Assembly (NCBI RefSeq): GCF_009914755.1
Contig: NC_060948.1
Reading direction: 5' to 3' (one strand)
DNA from: the human T2T-CHM13v2.0 reference genome, Homo sapiens
Length of the DNA: 64,000 nucleotides
Below the pieces are notes generated by a model. The model made no database searches, was not told where the DNA came from, and saw only the letters and a program-made list of their open reading frames with translations. Below, piece after piece: positions 13,401 to 26,632 of this stretch. Position numbers and translations under genes: made by a program. How positions within the stretch are numbered: position 1 is the stretch's first letter; each line of letters opens with the position of its first letter.

Positions 13401-16400
13401 GTTGCAATTTTTTCTTTTTAATAATTTTTGGGGCTCTTTTTATTTTAGTCTAGCTAGTTATTTGTTTATTTTGTTTATTTAAAAACACTTTGTTTCATTT
13501 GATTGATCTTTTTTATTTTTAGTCTTTATTTCTGCTGGATCATTATTATTTATTTTTCTATTAATTTTGGCTTTGGTTTGCTCTCATTTTCCTTGTTCCT
13601 CAAGGTCCATTTATAGATTGTTTATTTGAAAACGTTCTTTTTTTATATAGGTGTTTATTGCTATGAACTTCCCTTTTAGTGGTGCTTTTGTTGTGTTCCA
13701 TAGGTTTTGGTATATTCTGTTACTTTTGTCATTTGTTTCAAGAAATTTTCTAAGTACCTTCTTAATATATCATTGACCCATTAGTCATTCAGGAGCATGT
13801 TGTTAGTTTCCATGTATTTGTACAGTTTCCAAAGTTCCTCCTGTTATTGATTTCTACTTTTATTCTATTATGGTGAAGAAAGATACTTAATATGATTTTG
13901 ATTTCTTTTAAAATTTATTGAGACTTTTTGTGGCCTTTAATATGGTCTATCAGAAACATGTTCCATATGCTGATGAGAAGAATTTGTATATACTAAAGAT
14001 GTTGAATAAACTGTTCTTGTTTTTTAGGCCTATTTGTTCTCATGCATTTTAAATGCAATGTTTCTGTGTTGATTTCCGTTTAAGTGATCTGTCTAATTCT
14101 GAGAGTAGGGTATTGAAGTCCCCAACTATTACTGTATTGGAGTTTATCTTCCCCATTAGATATAATAATATTTGTTTACATATCTTGGTGCTCCAGTGTT
14201 GCATTTATACATATCCATATATTTTGGATCCTCTTACTGCATTGATCACTTTATTGTTATATAATGACCTTATTGTTCTCCTTTTATACTTTTTATGGAT
14301 AAAGTCTGTCTAATATAAGTAGAGCTATTCGTGCTTATTTTTGGGTTTTATTTGCATAAAGTACTTACTTTCAGTCTATATGTATGTTTACAGATAAACT
14401 GAGTTTCTTGTAAACAGTATATGGTTGGGTTGCCAAAAAAATTATTCCACCAGTTTGTATATTTTAGTTGGAGAGTTTAATCCATTTATATTTGAGGTTA
14501 TCATAAATAGGAGAAAACTTATTTGTGTCATTTTGTTCATTATTTTCTGGTAGTTTTGTATATATTGTTCATTTTATTCTTTTCTTTCTGATTATCTTTG
14601 ACTTTTCATGTTTTTTGTGTGTAATACAGTTTGCTTTTTTTTAATCATTTGTGGATCTTCTTTACCAGTGTGTTTTATACTTTTGCATATTATCATAATG
14701 ATAGTTATTATTTTTTATTTCTAGATATCAGATTCCCCTAAGCACATCCTGTAGGACCAGTTTAGTGGTGATGAATTCCCTCAGTTTTTGCTTTTCTGAG
14801 ATATATTTTATTTCTTCTTTATTTTTGAAAGCTAGCTTTGTTGAGTATAGTATTCTTAGTAGACAGATTTTTTAGCTTGTAATATGTCTTCCCATTTTTT
14901 CTTGTCATGTAAAGATTTTTGCTGAGAAATCTGCTGTTAATATAATGAGTATCCTCTTATATGTGACTTAATGCTTTTTTTGCCATTTAAAAAATCCTCA
15001 CTTCATCTTATACTTTTGACAGTTTTTCTACAATATGCCTTGAGAAAGAACATTTTGTGAGTTTGATCTATTTGAAAACATTTGAGCTTACTGAATTTGG
15101 ATGTCCATATCTTTCACAAGAGTTGGGACGTTTTCAGCTACTGTTTTATCAAATGTATTTTCTATGCCTTTTCCTGTCTCTTCTCATTTTCCAGTCTCTT
15201 CAAATGTTAAAATTTGCATGCTTAATGGTGTTCTGTAAGTCCCATAGGCTTTCTTCATTTTTTTGTGATTTATTCTTTTCCCCCTCTGGGTTATTTTAAA
15301 AGAGCCATACTCAGATTGAGAAATTATTTCTTCTGCTTGATCTAGTCTGTGGTTGAAGCTCTATATTGTATTTTTTTTATTTCATTCATTGAATTTATAG
15401 TTCCTCAATTTCTGTTTGATATTTTTATATAATATGTATCTCTGTTGAACTTATTCAGATCATTAATTGTTTTCCTGATTTTGATGAATTGTCTATCTGT
15501 ATACTCTTGTATCAAGCTGAGTTTCCTTAAGAACATTATTTTGATTTTTTTTTCAAAGATTTGATAGATTTTCTTTTTCGAGGTTCAGTTACTGGAAATT
15601 TATTGAGTTCTTTTGGATGTTTTATATCCTCTTTTTTTTTATTTTCAATGTTTCATGTGTTCCTACGTTTATATCTGCACATCTGGTGAAATGGTAACCT
15701 CTCCCAATTTCACAGAGTAGTTTTTTAAGGGAAAAACATTTCTCTGTGCTCATTTCCTGTATTGTTGGTTAGGTAGGGTACTTTGCTCTGGGTACTGGGT
15801 AGGTGCAATAGTGTAGTCTCTGTGCAATTTCTTAGGCTTCAATAACTGTCATTAGTATCTGTGCCTCAGTGGCCTACACTTCAGGTGTTTGTGGAGGCAG
15901 TGGCAAGACTTTTTCAGGGGTGAGGGCCAGTGGTCAGGCTTATTCTCAAGTCCTTGGGAATATGTGACAGGTACAGCAGCACTGCCAGTCATGGAGCTGG
16001 TGTCACCTGTGGTGGCACAACAGGCAGTTCATCCCCCAGTCCCTGGTAGGTATGCACTGTGTGCAGCAGCTTCACTGGTCAAGGATAGTGGTTCAACACT
16101 AGTGAGAAGCATTAGGAAGGTCAGTGCTGGGTTCTTGATGGGTGCATACAGCACACAGTGGCCCTGGTGCTGGAGATGGTTGGATTACTGCCAGAGGTAG
16201 GCACAAGGTACCAGTTCTAGGTGCCTGGGGAGTGTGCATAATGGTGTCCCTGATCCTGGGAACAGCCTCCCTGTTGTGCTGGAACCCCTGCTCTCTGGAG
16301 TATAGGGAAATATGGGTTCAAGTGGGGTCCCAGCTGTACCATTGAGTCTTACTGGGATGACAATGTTGAAACATTCTGTGTTGGTAAAATGGGGTGATGA

Positions 16401-16900
16401 CAAACCTCAGGGATGTGGAGATTTAAATACTATTGGCCTCCAGGGCATAATATATTCCCTCAGTGGCTCCATTCTGTAAATGTTGCCTGCTATAGTAGCC
16501 AGTGTACTGAGGAGTAGGTGGTGTCTCATTGTGTGTTTCCTCTTTTGGAGAAAAACAGCCATATGGACTCCAGAAAACTTTCTATACTGAGCTCAGGGCC
16601 TGTGAGGATTGTAGGGTTGTCTTGTAGATAGAAATTAAGGCACCTTTTGTGATAATTGGGAATGCTGGGGATCTGGTGTGTACATTTTCTTGGCTCTGAG
16701 CTGGATCTGGCTGGGTATTTTTCTTCCATTTCTATGCTGCCGTCTAGAGTTTCTATGTCTCAGAGCATTTTCATCACTTTCTTGCTGAGTTCCAGTCTTC
16801 TGTCTCAGTCACTCTACTCAAGATGCAGTTATTTATTTGTTGCTTTGGTCCTTCTTTGTGGAGATGAGTGTTGGGTGCCTCTAGTCAGCCATCTGATGAC
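10485..16900 (-). mobile_element. near full-length old L1 (L1MA3/4-like), decayed
   Basis: L1MA 3' UTR at ~10500, ORF2 remnants (MDKLLDTQNLSRMNQEE...FIAEFYQTFK, 13084-13320), ORF1 region ~14700-15700, GC-richer 5' UTR with minus-strand start agatggctgactagaggca near 16895. Confidence 0.85.
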
Positions 16901-17169
16901 AATTTTCTTGTATTTATCGAACTCAATTATCAAATGACCATACTGATGTTGTATCACTATATAAAATGATATGAGTTTATATAAAATATTCTCACAAAAG
17001 ACCAGCATGATTATATTATAAATGAGCAGTTTCATACTTTTAATAAATTTATTATGTAATTGAGATAACTAGAAATAAATTATTTAAATTATCATTTTTG
17101 TATCATTTAATAAGGTCTAGACTGAGTATAAAATGCACATAGCTCAAGGGAATCTAGGTATCTATTTAT

Positions 17170-17712
17170 CATATAAAGCAGGTAAAAAATAACATTTTAT
17201 TAGAAATACTGGTCTTCTGTAAGTTATTTACTGCTTTTAGAATTGTAGCCCAAAAAGTCCTAGAGTGAAAAAAGAACATGTATTTATAAAATTTACGAAA
17301 GGTATTTTCCAATCAATACCGAAATTCTTGCCAGTTAAACTTTCTGTCAGAAAAGAAGTACAAGAATAGACATTTACTTTTTATTTCTTGATGTAAAAGA
17401 TGTAGCCAAGAACCATATAAAACAGCAATGGAGAATGAATATTTCTTCTGCTCTGTCTGATTTCCCACTTCAATTGCTTTCACATCCTATCTTATTATAT
17501 AATTATTTATCTGGCAGCTGCCTCAACCACTATTCCCAAGGTACTCTGAAAGCTGGAAACTGAAACCTGGAAGCCTGAGCACTAAGAATAGTAAACCACC
17601 AGAGAATCACAGTGTATGTATGCTTTTGGCTTTGATACTGACCTTGTGCCTCAATAATCAGACCAGTTCATGAGGCAGTGACTGTTCATATGTGTCATAT
17701 AATTATACTACA
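17170..17712 (-). pseudogene. cluster of three candidate decayed exons (17712-17643, 17545-17378, 17259 to ~17170 or beyond)
   Basis: Acceptors ttttttctgttctttacag, tttccagctttcag, gttcttttttcactctag; donors CAAG|gtcagt, AAA|gtaaat; introns 97 and 118 nt; translations VV*LYDTYEQSLPHELV*LLRHK, YLGNSG*GSCQINNYIIR*DVKAIEVG...VLYGSWLHLLHQEIK, TFWATILKAVNNLQKTSISNKMLFFTCFI*; best frames are not phase-concordant across these three. Confidence 0.5.
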
Positions 17713-17961
17713 CTGTAAAGAACAGAAAAAATTCTCCATGTGCTGACTGAAGAAGTGGGATCTATTGACAGTTTAAAGAATTGGGATTACTGGCACTTAT
17801 TTCTCTTTTATATTTGTGGTAGTATAAATATTAATAAATCTTCACTGGAATATATGGGGTATAAAAATAAGAGGATAAAAATGAAAATCAGTCAACTTAC
17901 ACGAACACACACACAAACACAAACTGCATAATACATAAACTATTATACATTTATAGATTTT

Positions 17962-18165
17962 TTACTGTCCAGTAGAGTAGCCATGAGCCACATGTAGCTA
18001 TTTAAGTTTAAATTCAAACTAATTAATACTAGATAAACCTAAAAATCCAATTTCTCAGTTTATTGTTCACATTTCATGTTCTTATCAGCCACTTATATCT
18101 AGTGGCTATCATTCTACTTTATAGTCTGTTTCTATCATTGCAGAGAGTTATATTGGGTAGTGCTA
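17962..18165 (-). mobile_element. MER3 hAT-Charlie DNA transposon
   Basis: ctgtccagtagagtagccatgagcccacatgtagctatttaagtttaaatt ... tttctatcattgcagagagttatattgggtagtgct resembles MER3. Confidence 0.75.
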
Positions 18166-19189
18166 GTATAGACAAAAAATATGTTATGTATAGATTATAT
18201 ATACATTACAAAATGTACAAAAAAAAAACAAAAATAAAAGGACCACAGTAAAAATAAAAATAAACAGCAATTCTAGTATTTTCCCACTCCCCAAGTAACC
18301 ATGTTGTGCAATGATTGGATGCATACACCCTTCTTTAGAGATAACTGATTGCCCAAATAAAGAATCAAACTCATTAAATTTATTTTTTTTACAGAACATT
18401 AACACTTTTTAAAAATAAACTGACATAATACACTTCTTACTATTATTTATAACATCAATCATAATTTAGGAAACATAAGTGTGTTTTATATAATATAACG
18501 CATTCTGCAAAATGATGAAGTCATGGAGTTAAAAGGCCTAGACCAACCCAAAAGTAAAAAAAAAAAAAAAAGTTTTAAAAATGAAATAACTTTTAGGCTA
18601 AGCCATATAACTAATCAGTTTCCTCTTTTGATGAAGTCATTGGGATCTTTAATATTTAAGCAAAACTTAATACCACTTATACATCTAAACACTTCCAACC
18701 TCTCTGAGCTGCTCTGCCTAACCATGTATACAAGGTTTTGTGTTCATATTTAAGACATAGTACGTTTAAATTAGAAACAGGTCTGCTTCAGAGACAATAA
18801 ATAGAGAATGACTCTAAGGGTGCATTTTTTTGAATTATAACAGTTTTCAATATTTGTATTTTTAGGCATTTTTGTTTATCAAGAGTTTAAGATGAGTTTA
18901 TTTATTTTGTGGTTATATTAAATTTAAAATACACTCTCAAAATTCTATACTTTAAATAATATTTTATTTATAGCAATGAACATCTTTTCCTACATGATAT
19001 TTAACAAGCAGAAATTGGTATATATACTCAAAGGCTATATTTTTCAAAAATTTACAACATAAAATATTTATGTGACTAAAATTATCCTTTGGCAAGGAAA
19101 TAAATGTAGCATTTCAGATGAAGGGACATATTACTAAGAATTTAGTTTATATAGTACTTTAAGTGTTTAGAAGCATAAACTCGTCACGT

Positions 19190-19873
19190 ATTTTCTTTGC
19201 AACAGGTACTGTAGTTTAATAATTACAATTTAATTAGAATTTTAATTGGATTGTTGTTTCCAGATCTGAATGTGACAAATTTCTTTTCTTTATTTGTATT
19301 ATTTTCCTTTCTCTTTCAAGAAATATTTCTTTCTACCCTTCTTTTATTCCTCTAGATTGCAAAGGAAATAATACAAGAAGGTAATTATGATAATCACTTG
19401 AAATGTCATGCTTATCTGTTCACCCACAATGTAAATTTTATTTTTTCTGCTAGTTTAAGGATATCATTTTACAAAATTTAGGACATGTTTTCACACTGTT
19501 TCTGGTAATGTGCTCTCGCTTTCTACGTCTAATCACAAATTTCCTAGTACATTCCTATTTCATTCCTTGTTAAACTGAGATTCTAATTATACTTCATATA
19601 AATATTAAACTTTTAGGATTGTGTTCTCTAGTCTGCTATTTATTTCCTGTGAGTGAGGCCCATTCAACATAGAACCTAAAAATATTAAGAATGCACGAGT
19701 TTTCCAAGTCTGATAGGTTTTAAACTATGATAGATATTACTGGAAAGGTTAGAAATGTCTTTAACCTACATGATTACAACCTAATCACCCTTTATCTCAG
19801 CATTGAAAAAGTAGATGTCTAATCCAAACATTTCTATATGTCTCTCTATTTTCCTGCTTCTCTCTTCCTTCTT
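19190..19873 (-). pseudogene. cluster of three candidate decayed exons (~19873-19770, 19675 to ~19424, 19351 to ~19190)
   Basis: Acceptors (ct)n-gtctctttgaaag, ttcttaatatttttag, ccttcttgtattatttcctttgcaatctag; translations KKEERSRKIERHIEMFGLDIYFFNAEIKGD*, ...NRNVLGNL*LDVESESTLPE, GIKEG*KEIFLERERKIIQIKKRNLSHSDLETTIQLKF*; donors weaker. Confidence 0.42.
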
Positions 19874-19880
19874 CTTTCAA

Positions 19881-19886
19881 AGAGAC

Positions 19887-19925
<39 letters not shown>
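19881..19925. repeat. (GA)n microsatellite
   Basis: agagacagac followed by an (ag)n run. Confidence 0.95.
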
Positions 19926-19928
<3 letters not shown>

Positions 19929-20120
19929 AGCTAGTCAATCCTAGCTTTGGATAAATTGTTTTTCTACTTTCTAACGATGAGTATATTTTAAGCATAACCT
20001 TTGCAAACAATAAAAGACAAGTTTTGGAATGAAAGGCTAAAGTGGTGAAGAGTTGTATATATCAGACCACAGGTAAAACTAACATAAGAGCTTTTAAAAA
20101 AATCTCATTCCTTATTTCAA

Positions 20121-20393
20121 TTTTTTTTTTTTTTTGAGATGAAGTCTCGCCCTATCACCCAGGCTCAAGTGCAGTGGCACAGTCATGGTTCACTGCAACC
20201 TCTGCCTCCCAGGTTCAAGCGATTCTCCTGGGGATTACAGGTGCCTGCCACTCTGCCCAGCTAATTTTTGTATTTTTAGTAGAGACAGGATTTCACCTTT
20301 TTGGCCAGGCTGTTCTTGAACTCCTGACCTCAAGTGATCTGCCTTGACCTCTGAAACTGCTGGGATTACAGGCATAAGCCACCGCACCCGGCC
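20121..20393 (-). mobile_element. AluS with small internal deletion
   Basis: poly-T then gagatgaagtctcgc...ccaccgcacccggcc; ~20 nt missing at gattctcctg|gggattacagg; degenerate TSD (ttccttatttca / ttcctcatttca). Confidence 0.92.
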
Positions 20394-20464
20394 AAATTTC
20401 CTCATTTCACTTAGGTTTTTTCAGATTTTTCTAAGCCTCTTTTTCTATCAAAATGTTAAACAAC

Positions 20465-23400
20465 GGGAGGGGCTGAGATGGCCAACTAGAAACAGCTGCG
20501 GTCAGAGGCTCCCAGTGAGAGGAACAAAATCTACGAGTGAATCCTGCACAGGCAAGTGAGGTATTCAGGTTCTCTCATTTGGACTTACTAGGCAGTTGGC
20601 GTGACCCACAGAGAGCAAGGAAAAGCAGGGTGGTGTGATGGTCCACCTGGGAGCCATCTGGAGCAAGGGGAGCTCCCACCCCAAGCCAAAGGAGGCAGTG
20701 AGTGATCATACTACCTTGTCTGGGAAACTATGCTTTTTGCTGTGCAACCTATGAATCAACACAGCCTCCTCATGAGCCCATACCACCAGGGCCTTGGGTC
20801 TCAAGCATAGAGATATGCAGATTCTCAGCAGTCACTTGGCTGGAGACTGCCTAAGACTACCAAGTTCCTGGGGGAAAGGGTTGGCTGTCAACACTGCAGC
20901 TGCCTGCTGCCTAAGATGACTGAGCTCCTTGCAGGAGGGGTGACAGCCATCACCGCAGTGCCAGTCTGCCATTTTTTCCCCTGCTGGTAACAGGGAGACT
21001 GGATGATTTGGATCCAGGAGGAATTCCCCAGAGTGCAGCACAGTGGCTGTGGCAGATCGTGGCTGGACTGCCTCTTTAGGTCAGACCCGGATCCATCCCT
21101 TTTTCACTGGGAGGGGGCCTCCCTGCAGGAATTTCAGCAATTCTAGCCAGGGGTTTAGAGACAAAAATCTGATCTCCCTGAAACTGAGCCCCTTGGGGGT
21201 GGGGTAGCCACAGTCTCTGAGGATAAGCAGACTTAGCCTTGCCTGCTGGCTCTGAGGATATTGGGCAGTCCCTATGAGTGAGATGTCCCCCTACACAGCA
21301 CACATCATCTGCCAACGGGCAAGCAGAGTGCTTCATTAAGTGTGTTTCAGATCCTGTGACTCTGGACTGGGTGAGATCCCTCAATAGGAATCACCAGAGA
21401 CCTTATACAGGAATGTTCATGCTGTCGACAGGTCTTGCTCCTCTAAGACAGAGATCCCAGAGAAAGAAGCAGGCAGCTATCTTTGCTGTTCTGTTGCCTC
21501 CATGGGTGACACCTCCAGGTGCAGGAGGGACCCAGGGGAATAGGATTTGTAGTGGACCCCCAGGAAAACACAGCAGCCCTATAGAAAATGGGCTTGATTA
21601 TTAAAAGAAAAACAAACAAACAGAAGATGACAACAACGACCTCAACGAAAAAGTTCCTACAAAAACCCATCCAAAAGCCAACAGCCTCAAATATCAAAGT
21701 TAGATAGACTCAAGAAGATGAGAAACAACAAAAAAAAAACAATGAAAACTCAAAAATCCAGAGTGCCTCTATTTCTGAAAATGATCACAACACCTCTCCA
21801 GAAAGGGCACAGAACCAGGCAAAGTCTGAGATAGATGAATTGACAGAAGTAGGTTTCAAATGATGTGTAATAATGAACTTTACTGAGCTAAAGGAGTATA
21901 TTCTAACCCAATGCAAAGAAGCTAAGAACCATAATAAAACATTACAGGAGCTGTTAACCAGAACAGATAGTTTAGAGAGGAGCATATATGACCTGATAGA
22001 GCAGAAAAACACAACAAAATAACTTCACAATGCAACCACAAGTATCAATAACCGAATAAAAAAGCAGAGGGAAGAATTTCAGAGCTTGAAGACTATCTTG
22101 CTGAAATAAGACAGGCAGACAAGATCAGAGAAAAAAGGAATGAAAAGGAATGAAAAAAACCTCTGAGAACTATGGGATTATGTAAAAAGACTGAACCTGT
22201 GACTGATTGGGGTACCTGGAAAAGATGGGAAGAACAGAACCAAGTTCAAAAACACACTTCAGGATATCACCCAGGAGAACTTCCCCAACCTAAGAAGACA
22301 GGCCAACATTCAAATTCAAGAAATCCAGAGAACCCCAATAAGATACTTCATGAGAAGATCCACCTCAAGACAGATAATCATCAGATTATCCAAGGTTAAA
22401 ATGCAGGGAAAACTGTTAAGGGCATCCAGACAGAAAGGCCAGGTCACCTACAAAGGAAAGCCCATCAGAGTAACAGCAGACCTCTCAGCAGAAACTCTAC
22501 AAGCCAGAATAGATTAGAGGCCAATATTCTGCATTCTTAAAGAAAATAATTTTTAATTTAGAATTTCCTATCTGGCCAAACTAAGCTTCATATGTGAAAA
22601 ATAAATAAAATTCTTTTCAGACAAGCAAATGTTGAGGGAATTTGTCACCAGCAGACCTGCCTTGCAAGGGCTACTGAAGAAAGCACTAAGTATGGAAAGG
22701 AAAATCTATTACCAGCCAATGCAAAAACATACTGAAGTACAAAGACCAATGACACAGTGACGCAACTACATCAAAAAGTTTGCAAAATAACCAGCTTGCA
22801 TCATGATGACAGGACTAAATTTACATATAACAATATTAATCTAAAATGTAAATGGGCTAAAAGACACAGAATGGCAAGCTAGATATAGTCAAGACCCATT
22901 GATATGCTGTATTCAAGAGACCAATCTCATGTGCAAAGACACACATAGGCTCAGAATGGAGGGATGGAGAAAAGTTTACCAAGAAATGGAAAGCAGAAAA
23001 AAGCAGAGGTTACAATCCTGGTTTCTGATGAAAGAGACTTTAAACCAACAAAAATCAAAAAAGTCAAAGAAGGGTATCACATAATGGTAAATAATCAATA
23101 TAACAAGAAGAGCTAACTATGCTAAATATATGTGCACCCAATACAGGAGCACCCAGATTCACCGAACAAGTCCTTAGAGACCTACAAAGAGACTTAGACT
23201 CCCACATAATATGGTTTGGCTGTGTCCCCACCCAAATCAAATGTTGAATTCCTATTTATTGTGTGAGGGACCTTGTTGGAGGTAATTGAATCATGGGGGT
23301 AGGTCTTTCCTATGCTGTTCTCATGATAGTAAGTCTCACGAGATCTGATGGTTATTACAAAAGGGATTTTTCCTGCGCAAGCTCTCTTTGCGGCCATCCA

Positions 23401-24743
23401 TGTAAGACATGACTTGCTCCTCCTTGCTTTTCACCATGATTGTGAAGCTTCCCCAACCACACAGAACTGTAAGTCCAATTAAACCTCTTTATTTTTTAAA
23501 TTGCCCAGTCTTGGGTTTGTGTTTATCAGCAGCAGTAATACACCACACAATAATAGTAGGAGACTTTAACACCTCACTGTCAATAGCAGATTATTGAGAC
23601 AGAAAATTTACAAGAATATTGAGGTCTTGAACTAAAGCAGACCTGATATATATCTACAGAATTCTCCACACAAAAACAACAGAATATACATTCTTCTCTG
23701 TGCCACATGGCACTTATTCTAAAATCAATCACATAATTGGAAGTAAATACAAAAGAACTGAAGTAATAACAGTCTCTCAGACAACAGTGCAATCAAGTTA
23801 GAACTCCAGATTAAGAAACTCACCCCAAACCAAACAACTACATGGAAATTAAACAACTTGCTTCTGAATGACACCTGGGTAAATAATAAAATTAAGGCAG
23901 ACAATGTACCAGAATCTCTGGGACACAGCTAAAGCAGTGTTAAGAGAGAAATTTATAGCACCAAATGCTCACATCAATAAGCAAGAAAGATCTCAAATTG
24001 ACACCCTAATATGACAACTAAAAGAACTAGGAAACCAAGAACAAACATACCAGAAGCTAGCAGGAGACAAGAAAAAACCAAGATCAGAGCAGAACAGAAG
24101 GACATAGAGACAAAAAAAAAAAAAACCTTCAAAAAATAAATGAATCCAGAAGCTCTTCAAAAAAAAAAAAACAGACTTCTAGCTAGACTAATAAAGAAGA
24201 AAAAAGAATCAGACACAGTAAAAAATGAAAAAGGGATGTAACCACTAACCTCACAGGAATACAAATAGCCATCAGATAATACTATAAACACTTCTATGCA
24301 GATTAACTGGAAAGTCGAGAATAAATGGATAAATTCCTGAACACATACACCCTCCCCAAGACTGAACCAGGAAGAAGTTGAATCCTTGAACAGACCAACA
24401 ACATGTTATGAAACTGAGGCTGTAATAAATAGCCTAACAACTAAAAAAAGCCCAGGAAGAGACAGATTTACAGCTGAATTCTACCAGAAGAACCAAGAGG
24501 AGCTGATACCATTTATTCTGAAACTATTCCAAACAACTAAAAAGGAAGGACTCTTCCCTAACTCATTCTGTGTAGCCAGCATGAACCTGATAAAACCTGG
24601 TAGAGATAAAACAAATTAAGAAAACTTCAGGCGAATATCCCTGATGAACATTGAAACAAAAATCCTCAATAAAATACTGGAAATTGAATCCAGCAGCACA
24701 TCAAAAGCCTATCCACCACGATCAAGTCAACTTCATCCCTGGA
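20465..24743 (+). mobile_element. older L1PA (L1P3/P4-type 5' UTR), 5' UTR-ORF1-ORF2, 3'-truncated
   Basis: Starts gggagggctgagatggccaactagaa; ORF1 region ~21715-22740; ORF2 remnants (CCIQETNLMCKDTHRL; [15 protein letters not shown]); ends abruptly at cttcatccctgga. Confidence 0.88.
23207..23542 (+). mobile_element. THE1 (MaLR) solo LTR inserted in L1 ORF2
   Basis: taatatggtttggctgtgtccccacccaaatc...taataca; 5-bp TSD ccaca (23202-06 / 23543-47). Confidence 0.92.
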
Positions 24744-25627
24744 ATTAAGGCTCCTTGGAGAAATGGTAATTTCAGGACTTGGGCCGGAAAGCTATAAAAT
24801 GAGTCTGAAAAACCTCACAAGGGAATAAGAAAGATCTCAAAACATGATAACAATAAAAATAACAATATTTTTAAAATATAATGACAATAAAAAAAGCACA
24901 TATCATAAGAAGAGAATGCATTTAAAGTAATAATCAAATAAGCTTTCATAGCAGTAAAGACTTTTATCAATAAGATATTTTAAATAAATTCTCATCTAAA
25001 AATTAAAAAAAGAAAATCATAGTGATAAAAGCAGAAATCAATGAAGTAGAGAACAGAATATTACAGTTAAATCAAAATCCTGCATTTTCAAATAAACAAA
25101 ATGGATGAACTAGTAGCTAACATCATCAAGAAGAAAAGGAAAAAGCACAAATATAAGAAAGGTCAAAAAGAAAATGACAATTGAAACAGAAGATAGTTTT
25201 TAAAATGTAAGAGAAAAATGTGTAGCCCCTCTACAAATAAATATAAAAACTCCATAAAATAATTTTCTACTTAATACAGATTAGCAAAATTTGGTTTCAT
25301 TAGACCTATAAACTTAAAGAGACCATTTTCCACAGAAGAAATAGTTATTAATATTAAGCAACTACTTCCTTCTAAACAGCAGACACAGAACTTTTCATAT
25401 GGAATTTCTATCACACTTTCAAAGAACTGATAGCCACTGTGCTTTAGAAAAATTTCGAAGTGCTGAAAATGAAATGAAAACTCCTTAATTCTTGCCATGA
25501 AACAGGAAACATTGGCACCTAAACCAAAAAGAAAAATTTAAAAACTCATGCCATTGCTCATGAATATTTTGAGTTTTAGCACAAATACATTAAAATGGCA
25601 TTGGCAAACAAAATCTAACACCACATT

Positions 25628-25630
<3 letters not shown>

Positions 25631-25673
<43 letters not shown>
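25631..25673. repeat. (CA)n microsatellite
   Basis: about 21 uninterrupted CA units. Confidence 0.97.
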
Positions 25674-25675
<2 letters not shown>

Positions 25676-26119
25676 GACTTAATGAGATATTTTTTCCTCT
25701 CAGGAATACAAGCTTAGCTCAATATTAAGATATTGCTTAATGTAATGCAACATATCAATAGATATAAAGCAAAAATCATATGATTATCTATACCGATGCT
25801 AAAACTCCTTTACCATAACTTAACACCTGCTCAAAATAAAGCACTCAAAGATAAGAATTGTGATGTACTCTTTTTATACGGTAAAATACATGTACCTTTG
25901 TCCTAAAGCTAGTATCTTGATGTTGAAACACTACAGGATTTTTACTAACATCTGGAACATGGCAAGAGTTGCCACTATCATTACTACTGTTCAAAAATGC
26001 ACTGGAATTAGTATCCAATGCAATTAGACAAAAAAATCATTTGGACACATAGGATGAGTATAGAAATAAGACTTTATGTGCAGAGAATATGATGGTGTAC
26101 ATGAAGAAGTCTAAATAAT

Positions 26120-26632
26120 TTTATTAGTCCACGTTTCCCAGAAAAACACAAGTAGTAGTATACTATATATATACTATAATTGTGTGAACCAATTCCACTA
26201 CTATAATCGTGTGAACCATTACTCTACAATTCACAATTATGGAGTCTGAGAAGTCCCATGATCTGCCATTTACAAGCTGGAGGCCCAGGAAATCCAGTGG
26301 TGTAGTATAATTCGGTCTGCGCCTGAAGGAACAAACACCAGAGAACCAAGTGAGCCAATGGTGTAAATCTCAGTCTGAGTACTAGAGACAATGAGGCAAA
26401 ATGTTTCCATTCAAGCAGGCAGTCAGTAAGGGGTGAATTCTTTCTTCTTCTACCTTTTGTTCTCTTCAAGTCCTCAGTAGACTGGACGATACATTCTGGA
26501 GATCAATCTACTGAGTCTATGGATTCAAATGCCAGCACCCTCCTGAAACACCCTCAAAGACACATCCCATAATAATGTTTAATCTAGTTACTCTGTAGTA
26601 AGTCAAGTTGACACATAAAATTAACCAACACA
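26120..26632 (-). mobile_element. MLT2 (ERVL) solo LTR
   Basis: tttattagtcc...gagaagtcccatgatctgcc...ttgacacataaaattaaccaacaca; TSD ataat on both sides. Confidence 0.85.

Noticed and set aside
10468-16915. TSD for the long L1MA (aatttgtttggctattt / aattttcttgtattt)
   Set aside because: Too degenerate and T-rich to call
19356-19380. Apparent plus-strand 25-nt micro-exon (ctctag|ATTGC...AGAAG|gtaatt)
   Set aside because: Its pyrimidine tract is the complement of a purine-rich minus-strand candidate exon and TCTAGA is palindromic; no partner plus-strand exons found
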